A stretch of DNA of 64,000 nucleotides from a virus: the IMG/VR virus record IMGVR_UViG_3300009164_000064, positions 8,526 through 72,525 of that record; one strand, given 5' to 3'. The notes beneath the pieces were generated by a model, which was not told where the DNA came from, did no database searches, and was given only the letters and a program-made list of their open reading frames with translations. Position 1 is the stretch's first letter, and each line of letters begins with the position of its first letter. This document shows positions 1 through 8,251 of the stretch, piece by piece. A program made the translations under genes and the position numbers.

Positions 1-1243
1 ATACATCAAGGATTTCCTTGTGCTTTTTCATGATAGACAAGTTGTCTTTATGCTCTACCAGTTCAACCTTAGCGTTATCATAGTCGCTGTTATCTTCAAT
101 GGTGTTAGCAACATTACGTAGAGCAATAATTTCTTTGTTCAACTCAGCGATACTGCGATTGTATAGAGTGATCTTGGTGTTGCTATCTTGAATAGAACGA
201 TTTAACATGGTTATCTGTGTGTTAGTTGTTTCAATCTGATTGATACGATCATTCACATCCTTAAGCTTTTGCTTAAGATCATCAACCCCACCAGAAACTT
301 CTTGAAGCTTACCGCTACGCTTTTCTACCACACTGCCCTTATAATCAGGATCAATATCTTGCTTACAGGTAGGACATTCATCATGGTTATTAAAGAAATC
401 AATTTCCTTCTTCAACCCACGAATGCGTTCGTTTAAGGCAGAACCCATCTCAATGATTTTGTTCTTGCGCTTTGATACTTTATCTTCGTCAGCAATCTCT
501 TCTAGAAGCTCATTAACCTGAGACTGATATCCATTGATACCAACATTTAACAGGCAACAGTCTGCTTCAAGCTCCTGTACCTTGATTTCCTTCTGAGCGA
601 TTAGTTCTTCATTGTTTGCCTTGAGCGAATCAATATGCTTTTTATGAAGGGCAATCTTTTGCTCACATAATTCAATCTCGTACTCTGTCTCTCTTATATG
701 AGACTTGTTCTCTGAAATACGTGACTTCAGAATACCGTTCATAACAGAAAAGATTTGAATATCAAGATAGTCTTCTACGATCTTGCGGCGGTCAGGAGTT
801 GTCAGGCGCATGAAAGGAATGTAGTTAGCAGAGCCAAGCACCACCACCTGAGTGAAGGTCTTGTGGTTCATCTTGATATGGTTCTTTTCAAAGTTCTCTT
901 GGTCTTCTCTAGCACCTTCCTTATCAAGCATCTTACCGTTGCATGTGATATCAAACACGGTTGGCTTCATACCACGACGAATTTGATACTCTGTACCATT
1001 GATAGACATGTCAAGTTCCACCATCAAACCTTTGTTGGTGATAGTGTTCATTAGCTGCTTAAGAGTGATGTTGCGGAATGGCTTATTGAACAGCACGTAG
1101 CAAAGTGCATCAAGAATAGTAGACTTTCCGCTACCATTCTTGCCAGAGATAAGTGTTAGGTCATTACGGATCAGGTCAATCTCAGTGAATTGGTTCCCTG
1201 ATGACAGAAAGTTTTGATATCGCAATTTCTTAAAAAGAATCAT
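1..1243 (-). CDS. 46: Recombination endonuclease subunit gp46 (Rad50/SbcC-like ATPase), 3' end outside the window
   Basis: Not in ORF track. ATG at 1243 reads MILFKKLRYQNFLSSGNQFTEIDL...ISGKNGSGKSTILDALCYVLFNKPFRNI (Walker A), followed by coiled coil and a CPTC zinc hook near 370-381; lies directly downstream of gp47. Confidence 0.95.
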   Translation of the reverse strand, partial: MILFKKLRYQNFLSSGNQFTEIDLIRNDLTLISGKNGSGKSTILDALCYVLFNKPFRNITLKQLMNTITNKGLMVELDMSINGTEYQIRRGMKPTVFDITCNGKMLDKEGAREDQENFEKNHIKMNHKTFTQVVVLGSANYIPFMRLTTPDRRKIVEDYLDIQIFSVMNGILKSRISENKSHIRETEYEIELCEQKIALHKKHIDSLKANNEELIAQKEIKVQELEADCCLLNVGINGYQSQVNELLEEIADEDKVSKRKNKIIEMGSALNERIRGLKKEIDFFNNHDECPTCKQDIDPDYKGSVVEKRSGKLQEVSGGVDDLKQKLKDVNDRINQIETTNTQITMLNRSIQDSNTKITLYNRSIAELNKEIIALRNVANTIEDNSDYDNAKVELVEHKDNLSIMKKHKEILDV

Positions 1244-1246
1244 AGA

Positions 1247-2293
1247 TTAACCTACATACAAAGCTTCAGTGTACAGCCCTGTAAGATAATCGTCAAGCTC
1301 TACCTTATCTACTGTTACATCTGAAGAATTAATCACCTTACGTAGAATTCCTAGTGTGCTCTCAGCATCAACCATCTCATCCTCTTCATCCATATTGAGA
1401 ACAGTCTTTTGTTCAATAATGTTGAACTTAAAAGGATTTTGTTCTTCAATCTTATGAACAAATTGCTCATATTTCGTATCATTATTTCTACGTTCAACAA
1501 CAAGCTTGATAGCAGCACCTTCCAATAGACTAAAATCAATATCCATATCCTTACTGTCATCATATGTAATGATGTGAAACATATGGAAGGGATTAGGAAT
1601 AAAGGTCATTTCAAGGGTGTCTGTGTCAAACACATGAAATCCCTTCTGATCTTCGTAATCGGCCCATGTCATCTCATATGGCGTACCAAGATAAGTGATA
1701 TTGCCCTTTGAAGAGCGGTGATGATAGTGACCAGAATATACAGCACGAAACTTACTAAAGATATTGCTATCCATGCCCTTATTCATGATAGAACCACGAT
1801 GCATCTCAAAACCAGCTAGCTCTAGGTGTCCGAAAACAACACCATTAGCATCAGCAGCATCAATCATCTTCATGCAGTCATCATAGTTTTCCTGACAAAT
1901 CCATGGTAGGATCAACACAGGAAGATCATCGAAGGCCCATAGTGTTGGCGAAGAGAAAGCACGAATTTTTTGATACCCATAGAGAAGGCTCTCTTGAGTA
2001 TTGATCTTGATGCTATTGCGGTGAAAGCTATCGTGATTACCCACAAAGGTAAGTAGGGAGATATCCCTCTCATGCATCACATCAAAGAAATATTCTTTGG
2101 CTAAGGTAAGGGACTTCAGGTTGATTTGCTTCTTGTTATCAAACAAGTCACCAACCTGAAGCACCCTATCAATGCAGTTCTCTTCCAGATATGGAAAAAA
2201 CACTTCAGAGTAAAACTTCTTCATATGAGCATGAAAATGCTCCGAATCGTTTCTTACTCCGAAGTGTGTGTCACCAAGCACTGCAATTTTCAT
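1247..2293 (-). CDS. 47: Recombination endonuclease subunit gp47 (Mre11/SbcD-like metallophosphoesterase)
   Basis: GDTHFG, GDLFD, GNHD and SGHYH phosphoesterase motifs; adjacent to gp46. Confidence 0.95.
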   Translation of the reverse strand: MKIAVLGDTHFGVRNDSEHFHAHMKKFYSEVFFPYLEENCIDRVLQVGDLFDNKKQINLKSLTLAKEYFFDVMHERDISLLTFVGNHDSFHRNSIKINTQESLLYGYQKIRAFSSPTLWAFDDLPVLILPWICQENYDDCMKMIDAADANGVVFGHLELAGFEMHRGSIMNKGMDSNIFSKFRAVYSGHYHHRSSKGNITYLGTPYEMTWADYEDQKGFHVFDTDTLEMTFIPNPFHMFHIITYDDSKDMDIDFSLLEGAAIKLVVERRNNDTKYEQFVHKIEEQNPFKFNIIEQKTVLNMDEEDEMVDAESTLGILRKVINSSDVTVDKVELDDYLTGLYTEALYVG

Positions 2294-2296
2294 AAT

Positions 2297-2473
2297 CTAC
2301 CTTCTTTTTTTATCTTGCTCTTTTCTAAAAGCGGCAAGAGCCTGTTCACAATATTCTTTAGTTACTTCTAGTACTTGTGCTCTATTAAACTTTTCGTTTT
2401 GTGAAGTACTACTATTACTTAATGCCTCTGCCATCTGTTGAACGATAGCAGGAACAGAATTAAACCTACTCAT
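2297..2473 (-). CDS. Small hypothetical protein (58 aa)
   Basis: ORF fills the gap between gp55 and gp47; likely start MSRFNSV at ATG 2473 overlapping the gp55 stop (ATGAGTAG), with GGAG upstream. Confidence 0.7.
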   Translation of the reverse strand: MSRFNSVPAIVQQMAEALSNSSTSQNEKFNRAQVLEVTKEYCEQALAAFRKEQDKKRR

Positions 2474-3023
2474 CTTCTTCATCTCCAAAAAAATTCTCTA
2501 ATCCGGCTTTCTTCGTAGCCTTGGTTGTTGGTTTTGCATCATACTTTTCCGACAGACTTGATAATTTATCATAATCCATGGTTACTATGAATGCATTAAA
2601 ATGGCTCTGATCATCAGGGGCCATCTCAACCAAGGTGTTCATCACCAGAGAGTTTTCCATAGACTTGTACCTGATGTACGATTGCTTTTTCTCTTTGTCA
2701 ATGCGTCTTAGGAATGCATAGTACATGATTTGTGTAAAATATGCAAATGGGTTGCTTGACTTTTCAGGATCAAAGTTGTGTAGATATCTGAAACAATTTT
2801 CAATTGCATCGCCAATCATATCATCACGGTATGTGTATCCAATGAAGTTTCTATTGGTTGATAGGCGATTAGCAATTAACCATACGCATTCACCAATATA
2901 GTTACTTGCAATCGGTGGTTCAAGTCCTGCTTCTTTTGCTTCTTTATACTTGTTAGTGTATATAATCATCTCTGCATATAAACGCTTATTGTCTACATAG
3001 TGATTGTCTGTTGTTTTTTCCAT
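2466..3023 (-). CDS. 55: Late-transcription sigma factor gp55
   Basis: HYVDNKRLY, NFIGYTYRDDMIGDAIENC and NPFAYFTQIMYYAFLRRIDKEKKQ are characteristic gp55 motifs. Confidence 0.96.
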   Translation of the reverse strand: MEKTTDNHYVDNKRLYAEMIIYTNKYKEAKEAGLEPPIASNYIGECVWLIANRLSTNRNFIGYTYRDDMIGDAIENCFRYLHNFDPEKSSNPFAYFTQIMYYAFLRRIDKEKKQSYIRYKSMENSLVMNTLVEMAPDDQSHFNAFIVTMDYDKLSSLSEKYDAKPTTKATKKAGLENFFGDEEDE

Positions 3024-3032
3024 GTCGTTTCC

Positions 3033-3458
3033 TTAATTAACCGAGCCACTGCCGGGATTAAAATTACGAAGATGAAGTTCTTTCATAATTTTTTCTAAAC
3101 TTGATTCAGACATGTGTTCATCAAGCTGAGCAGTAGCTTCTTTGATCTGTCTTTCAATTCTTTTCTTTGTATATTGTTTGGCAAATACAATTGCCTTTTG
3201 ATAATACTCAGCCATAACTTTTGATGCTGGATAATATGTCATGACCGCCTTATTTGGAACAGTCATTAGATCATCATCCGATAACATCATACCATCACGT
3301 AGTTTCATGGTAACTGTACCATACTCATCATATCCATCGACAATCGCCATTGGATTAGCAATGTTATAATATGGCATATCATTTTTCGGAAATTCATCCG
3401 TACCATCAAGTGCGCCGATAAACTCTTCTCCAGAAATAAGTTTAAATACAAAAATCAT
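3033..3458 (-). CDS. Conserved hypothetical protein between uvsW and gp55 (Sm-like N-terminus)
   Basis: FKLISGEEFIG start is typical of the small protein at this position in T4-like phages; overlaps the uvsW stop. Confidence 0.7.
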   Translation of the reverse strand: MIFVFKLISGEEFIGALDGTDEFPKNDMPYYNIANPMAIVDGYDEYGTVTMKLRDGMMLSDDDLMTVPNKAVMTYYPASKVMAEYYQKAIVFAKQYTKKRIERQIKEATAQLDEHMSESSLEKIMKELHLRNFNPGSGSVN

Positions 3459-4936
3459 TTCAATTTTACCTTATAAATTTTATAATCAAATTTTTCTTGG
3501 TCGTAGATATTGACACGTTCTTCGAAGTGCTTTAGAGCAAAGTTCTTCTTAGCACCCTTGGTAAGGTTATCGACAATATCATATAGATATGCCTCATCCT
3601 TATCCTTGTGTTGTCTCAACATACGTCCAATGGACTGTAGTACTTTGATCTTAGACTTCAGAGGTCCAGCAGCGATCATATGATGCAATTTCTTAATAGA
3701 GACACCCGTACTTGTGGTACCAAGTGATGCAATAAGAATTGCGTTTTCTTCGTCTTCCATTGCTTTACGGATAGCCTCTCTATCCTTTACGCCTCCATCA
3801 ATATAGAAAGCGTTGCTTTGGTCCTTGAGTGCTTCATGAAGAATTTTTCCATGGGCAACTAGACGAAAGAACAGTAATTTATTGCCCTTGAGAGATAACG
3901 CCAAGTTTCTGATGAAATTGGTTCTCTTCTGGTAATTGATTAGGAAATCCACTTCTTCTGCATATGTCTTTTTTCTGTTCTTCTGTTCAACAGGATCAAA
4001 GATAGGCTTATGGAATTCCTTGATAACTTCATCTGGATATTCAAGGACAATGCATTTGATTTTAATGTCTGATGCGTGTCCTTGATCAATTAATTCTCTG
4101 GTTGTTGTCGTAGTATGTGGTGGACCAAATAGTCCCTCAATGGTTGCTTTATTAAGTTCAATATTATCTAGCGTACCTGTTGTACCAAATCTATATGGTG
4201 TATTTTCCATAGCAGATATAATTTTAATGAGAGATGTTGCCTTACAACCGTGCGCTTCATCTCCTATAACTACTTGAAACTGATTATACCATGGCTTTGG
4301 CATAGTCGATCTACCATTTTCAAGTGACTGCCATGTGGTGATAACAATATCAGCGTCGATATCATTATTTTTTTCTAGACCACCGATTGATGTTGCGATC
4401 TTTCCTTTGAACCCGTATGAGCGAATATCATCTTCAAACTGTGCTACTAGACCAGTTGAAGGTACAATGATCAGTGTCTTCTCGCTGTACCATGTAGCAA
4501 TCAAGTAGATCATAAAAGACTTACCTGATGATGTTGGCGATAGAAGAGTTCTTCTGCGTGTTCTTAAACACTTTACAACAGCCTCAACCTGATAGTCTCG
4601 TATTTCGAGCCATTCAGGGAGTTCCAATGCTTTAATATGTTCTAGTACTTCATTAACGGATACGTTATCGTATGTCAACTGTTTATCGAAAGAAAAACTA
4701 TAACCTACACTATCGCAATACTTCTTGATGCGAAGAGCAAGACCAGCATATACAAGACCAGTAACATTATTTACTAATCGAATTTTTCCGTCCCAAAATT
4801 TATTCTTAAAATTTGGATGGTACTTATAGTTCTCTGCGAAGAATGTGAGCTTATCAGAAAGCTCCATTAAGATGCCAGAGTCGGCTCTTACTCTACAATG
4901 AACATCATTTATGTATTCAAGATGTACGTCACTCAT
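3455..4936 (-). CDS. uvsW: UvsW SF2 DNA helicase
   Basis: WDGKIRL, SPTSSGKS (Walker A), GDEAH and LQSIGRMLR motifs. Confidence 0.96.
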   Translation of the reverse strand: MSDVHLEYINDVHCRVRADSGILMELSDKLTFFAENYKYHPNFKNKFWDGKIRLVNNVTGLVYAGLALRIKKYCDSVGYSFSFDKQLTYDNVSVNEVLEHIKALELPEWLEIRDYQVEAVVKCLRTRRRTLLSPTSSGKSFMIYLIATWYSEKTLIIVPSTGLVAQFEDDIRSYGFKGKIATSIGGLEKNNDIDADIVITTWQSLENGRSTMPKPWYNQFQVVIGDEAHGCKATSLIKIISAMENTPYRFGTTGTLDNIELNKATIEGLFGPPHTTTTTRELIDQGHASDIKIKCIVLEYPDEVIKEFHKPIFDPVEQKNRKKTYAEEVDFLINYQKRTNFIRNLALSLKGNKLLFFRLVAHGKILHEALKDQSNAFYIDGGVKDREAIRKAMEDEENAILIASLGTTSTGVSIKKLHHMIAAGPLKSKIKVLQSIGRMLRQHKDKDEAYLYDIVDNLTKGAKKNFALKHFEERVNIYDQEKFDYKIYKVKLK

Positions 4937-4939
4937 TCA

Positions 4940-5374
4940 TTAGCCACCACTTGTATATTTAATCCAATCGATTGCGTTTTTGATTTGAAATCCACGATTG
5001 GATAGGTTTTTGATAATAGATTCGAGCAGAGAAACCTTTTCGTGCTGGACACCAATCTTCAGGCTTAGCTGAATGATATCATTGTCAGCATCAACATATT
5101 GCTGAACATCAGAACGAATTACCTTGCCAATTGCAGGTAGTTCCCAACCCTTCTCTTGCGTTTCATTTGTTGGACCCTGAGTATAGAATTCATACTTCTC
5201 CAACTTTAGAAGCTTTAGTTCAGAATCATACTTACGAAGCAAAATCTTTTCGTTAGTATATATCTCGCTATATTTTTGATGCAGTGACGAAATCTTCAGA
5301 GATTCTTCGCCAAGGTCCATGCGGTCAATTTTGCTATCTTCAGCCCAAAAAGCGTAAATTGATTCGAGTTTCAT
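4940..5374 (-). CDS. uvsY: UvsY recombination mediator
   Basis: WAEDSKID...ESLKISSLHQKY...NRGFQIKNAIDW; synteny gp3-uvsY-uvsW. Confidence 0.93.
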   Translation of the reverse strand: MKLESIYAFWAEDSKIDRMDLGEESLKISSLHQKYSEIYTNEKILLRKYDSELKLLKLEKYEFYTQGPTNETQEKGWELPAIGKVIRSDVQQYVDADNDIIQLSLKIGVQHEKVSLLESIIKNLSNRGFQIKNAIDWIKYTSGG

Positions 5375-5409
5375 AATATATCCTTTAATGCGTCTCAGTT
5401 ATTGAGACG

Positions 5410-5438
5410 ATCATAACATTGATTCGTTATGGTGTCAA
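5410..5438 (-). promoter_or_regulatory. Sigma70-type promoter for uvsY-uvsW with GANTC in the spacer
   Basis: Minus strand reads TTGACA-ccataaCGAATCaatgt(17 nt)-TATGAT, followed by AAGGA RBS and the uvsY ATG. Confidence 0.8.
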
Positions 5439-5908
5439 TCCATCACATCAAAATAATATCTATTAAATCTAAAGCCTACAATTGAAGTAGCATACTGTAT
5501 TTCGGGTAGTGTACTATCAAATTCAATAGGAGATAGTGAAATAGGAAATACGTCTGTAAACCTTACATGGATGTGTGGCTGTAGATTGTTATTAAGAATG
5601 AACACAGAACAGTCTGACTTAATATTACTATATTGACCTAGATCGTCAGGGTGTCCCAGATGTACCATCCAGTTAAAAATCTCAAGATAGTCAGCCATAT
5701 TTTCACCAACCATAAATTTAATGGAAAGTTCATCGTATGTTATGTTACCTGCGCTGTAATATGGTACAAATGGCGTTGGAGATGCAATTGCACCTAGATT
5801 GATACCAGGAATAGTTACAGTCTGTGCACGATACTCTAACTCAGGTGTGATGCTCAGTTTGAACCTAAAATTCAGTTGAGATAGATTATTTTGATCTGGC
5901 ATGAACAT
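5435..5908 (-). CDS. 3: Tail completion / tube terminator protein gp3
   Basis: NLSQLNFRF, QTVTIPGINLG, ITYDELSIKFMVGENMADYLEIFNWM and FTDVFPISLSPIEFD; synteny upstream of uvsY. Confidence 0.9.
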   Translation of the reverse strand: MFMPDQNNLSQLNFRFKLSITPELEYRAQTVTIPGINLGAIASPTPFVPYYSAGNITYDELSIKFMVGENMADYLEIFNWMVHLGHPDDLGQYSNIKSDCSVFILNNNLQPHIHVRFTDVFPISLSPIEFDSTLPEIQYATSIVGFRFNRYYFDVMD

Positions 5909-5923
5909 TTTGGTATTTTCCTC

Positions 5924-5952
5924 TTGACCAACCGAGTCGGTGTGGTTATAAT
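5924..5952 (+). promoter_or_regulatory. Sigma70-type (early) promoter for the three plus-strand ORFs
   Basis: TTGACC-aacCGAGTCggtgtggt(17 nt)-TATAAT, then AAGGA RBS before ATG 6002. Confidence 0.85.
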
Positions 5953-5978
5953 AGATTTGTAGATATGAAAACTAATAG

Positions 5979-5986
5979 TATTTATA
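5979..5986 (-). promoter_or_regulatory. T4-type late promoter (TATAAATA) for gp3
   Basis: Exact TATAAATA on minus strand ~70 nt upstream of the gp3 start. Confidence 0.75.
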
Positions 5987-6001
5987 TAGTAAGGAAATAA
6001 G

Positions 6002-6187
6002 ATGATTCGAATTCAAAGAATGAGAGACACAGGAAACTGGACGCAGATGAGCACTTGTTCAAAGACAAGTGATTCTATTTTAAATCATCTGATGGAAAGG
6101 GTTGCCAAACAGAAAATGAATGGCTATACTAATCGTGTCAGAGCAATTGATGATTCAGGTAATCTGATTAACTTCTATAGCGGATAA
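6002..6187 (+). CDS. Hypothetical protein (61 aa), probable early gene
   Basis: AAGGA RBS; directly downstream of the sigma70 promoter. Confidence 0.75.
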   Translation: MIRIQRMRDTGNWTQMSTCSKTSDSILNHLMERVAKQKMNGYTNRVRAIDDSGNLINFYSG

Positions 6188-6208
6188 CACTGCTTTTGCA
6201 AAGGAAAT

Positions 6209-6535
6209 ATGATGAATAAAGAACAATATGATAATTTATATTATAGAGCAGCTTTTAGGGAATCTGGATACTGGTCATTACTAATGCATGTCAAGTATAC
6301 GACAGGATCAACAAAGTTTATTTTTGATGATGAAAAAAGTGCACGTGATGCATACGAAGGAATGGCGGAAGCCTTAAAGAAAGATAAAAATTATTCAAAT
6401 GAACGTGAGCGTACCTTTACGTTTACATCATATGGTAATTCTAGTACAACTGTTGATATATCTGATATTAGTTATATTAGCGTAAACGCTCCTACCAAAC
6501 ATTTATTTGAGGATGAAGAAATTGAAAATGCTTGA
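6209..6535 (+). CDS. Hypothetical protein (108 aa)
   Basis: AAGGA RBS; operonic with flanking ORFs. Confidence 0.75.
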   Translation: MMNKEQYDNLYYRAAFRESGYWSLLMHVKYTTGSTKFIFDDEKSARDAYEGMAEALKKDKNYSNERERTFTFTSYGNSSTTVDISDISYISVNAPTKHLFEDEEIENA

Positions 6536-6734
6536 AATTTTAAAATGGATTGGCACCATATGTGTGATTGTTGCAGCAGCATGTCGTGCATTTGAATTCC
6601 ACTCCATCGATCTTATTTTGTCAATTATCGGAGCATCTGTCTGGGGATATGCTGCTTATAAGATGAATGATAAACCATTGATGGTTGTTAATGGATTTAT
6701 TACTGCCATTCTTATCTATGGTGTAGTAAAGTAA
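6528..6734 (+). CDS. Small membrane protein with about three TM helices (DUF6552/PQ-loop-like appearance)
   Basis: Likely start MLEILKWIGT at ATG 6528, overlapping the previous stop (ATGCTTGA); three hydrophobic segments. Family call is tentative. Confidence 0.7.
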   Translation: MLEILKWIGTICVIVAAACRAFEFHSIDLILSIIGASVWGYAAYKMNDKPLMVVNGFITAILIYGVVK

Positions 6735-6739
6735 TACAC

Positions 6740-6782
6740 AAAAAAAGGGGAGAGCCTTTTCGACTCTCCCCTTAATTTTTTT
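6740..6782. terminator. Bidirectional rho-independent terminator between gp23 and the plus-strand operon
   Basis: A-run, AAGGGGAGAG stem, loop, CTCTCCCCTT, then T-run; lies between convergent genes. Confidence 0.9.
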
Positions 6783-6800
6783 GTCCGTAGACAACCAAAC

Positions 6801-8186
6801 TTACATAAGGTTGTTAACGATCAGACGGCGATAGTACTGGTTTGTATCCTGAGCAACAACACCAGAAGATGCATCGGTTAGACCACGTGCAAATGGATTG
6901 GCTACCATACCGTATCGTGTCTTGAAGCCGATCTTTGGCTGGAATGTATCAGGGTTTACAGCACGAACCATTTGTAGTGGAACATATGGGCAGTAGAACA
7001 GACCAGCATCAAATGCTGAGCTACCCTTGTAACCAACTACTAGGTAGTTAGCACCAGCATATGGATCGATGTACACACGTAGGCGACCATTAAGAACACC
7101 AGCGAAGGTATTGCCTGTGTCATCTACGTTTAGGTTGTTGCTGTTAAGAGCAGGGGCATAGTCAAGAACACCAGCCATTTGAAGGGCAGAAGCAACATCT
7201 GATGAACAGATGATGATATTACCCTTACCACGTCTTGTACCCTTGGCGATAGCGTTAGCTTCACGCTCAACTTGGAACATAAGACCCTTGAACTTTTCAA
7301 CTGACCAACGACCATTTGAGTCGGTGTCAAGATCGAAAATACCAGCAGCAGTTGTACCTTCAGCAGCACCACGAACAGCAGAAATAACAACTGTACGGAT
7401 AACTTCACGGTTAATTTCAGCTAGAATTTCAGCAGATAGAATGTTTGAAAGTTCTGTTTCTGCGTCAAGACCGTGAATTGCCTTAAGGTCTTGTGCTAGT
7501 TCTAGTGAGTATTCTGCCTTTAGAGCACGGCTGTTAGCAGTTACAGAAACCTTCTCGATTGAGAAAGCCATTTCTGGGAATACTGTACCTGAGCCTAGAC
7601 CTTCAGCAGCGGCAGTAGCAATACCACCACCAAAGTTGTATGCGTCTGTAGAAGCGTTGTTAATAGTTGTAGGATATAGACCTACGTTATTAGCAGCACC
7701 ACCCATTGCTGAACCACTAGCATAACCAGCAGTAGTTGCTGACATGCCTGAAGAACCACCACGACCTGAGAATGCAGTATTTGCTTCACCGTAGAATGCT
7801 TCGTTACCGTCCTGTGCAGCATAACGTGCTCTCATTGCGAAGATAAGACCTGTTGGGCCTGTCATTGGCTGAACGCCGCAGATATCATAAGCAACGAGGT
7901 TAGGCATAGCACGACGAACTAGTGAGATAAGCACTGGATCGAATGTGTCAACTGCGCCAGCAGAAGCAGTTGATGAAGATGCGCCCATTGAGTTAACTGG
8001 TGCAGCTTCGCTAAGGAAGCCTGAGCCACCCATACCTGCTGAACGAGCTTCACGGATTGCATTTTCAGTATTTTCTAGAACTTGAGCAGTAACCGCTCTA
8101 CGGTGACTGTCCTTGATTTCTGGAAGATCAGCGTGTTCAAGCACTGGCTTCCACTTGTTTTGAATTTCTTCAGCTAGATATGACAT
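6801..8186 (-). CDS. 23: Major capsid protein gp23
   Basis: FDPVLISLVRRAMPNLVAYDICGVQPMTGPTGLIFAMR, SRALKAEYSLELAQDLKAIHGLDAE and FQPKIGFKTRYG. Confidence 0.99.
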   Translation of the reverse strand: MSYLAEEIQNKWKPVLEHADLPEIKDSHRRAVTAQVLENTENAIREARSAGMGGSGFLSEAAPVNSMGASSSTASAGAVDTFDPVLISLVRRAMPNLVAYDICGVQPMTGPTGLIFAMRARYAAQDGNEAFYGEANTAFSGRGGSSGMSATTAGYASGSAMGGAANNVGLYPTTINNASTDAYNFGGGIATAAAEGLGSGTVFPEMAFSIEKVSVTANSRALKAEYSLELAQDLKAIHGLDAETELSNILSAEILAEINREVIRTVVISAVRGAAEGTTAAGIFDLDTDSNGRWSVEKFKGLMFQVEREANAIAKGTRRGKGNIIICSSDVASALQMAGVLDYAPALNSNNLNVDDTGNTFAGVLNGRLRVYIDPYAGANYLVVGYKGSSAFDAGLFYCPYVPLQMVRAVNPDTFQPKIGFKTRYGMVANPFARGLTDASSGVVAQDTNQYYRRLIVNNLM

Positions 8187-8230
8187 TTGGTTTCTTCTCC
8201 CTTGAGTATAAAAGCTTGTTTCAGCTATTA

Positions 8231-8238
8231 TATTTATA
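8231..8238 (-). promoter_or_regulatory. T4-type late promoter for gp23
   Basis: Exact TATAAATA upstream of the GGGAGA RBS and gp23 start. Confidence 0.85.
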
Positions 8239-8251
8239 AAATTTTAGTTTT

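Noticed and set aside
755-1054. 99-aa plus-strand ORF
   Set aside because: Antisense to gp46, whose frame carries conserved motifs.
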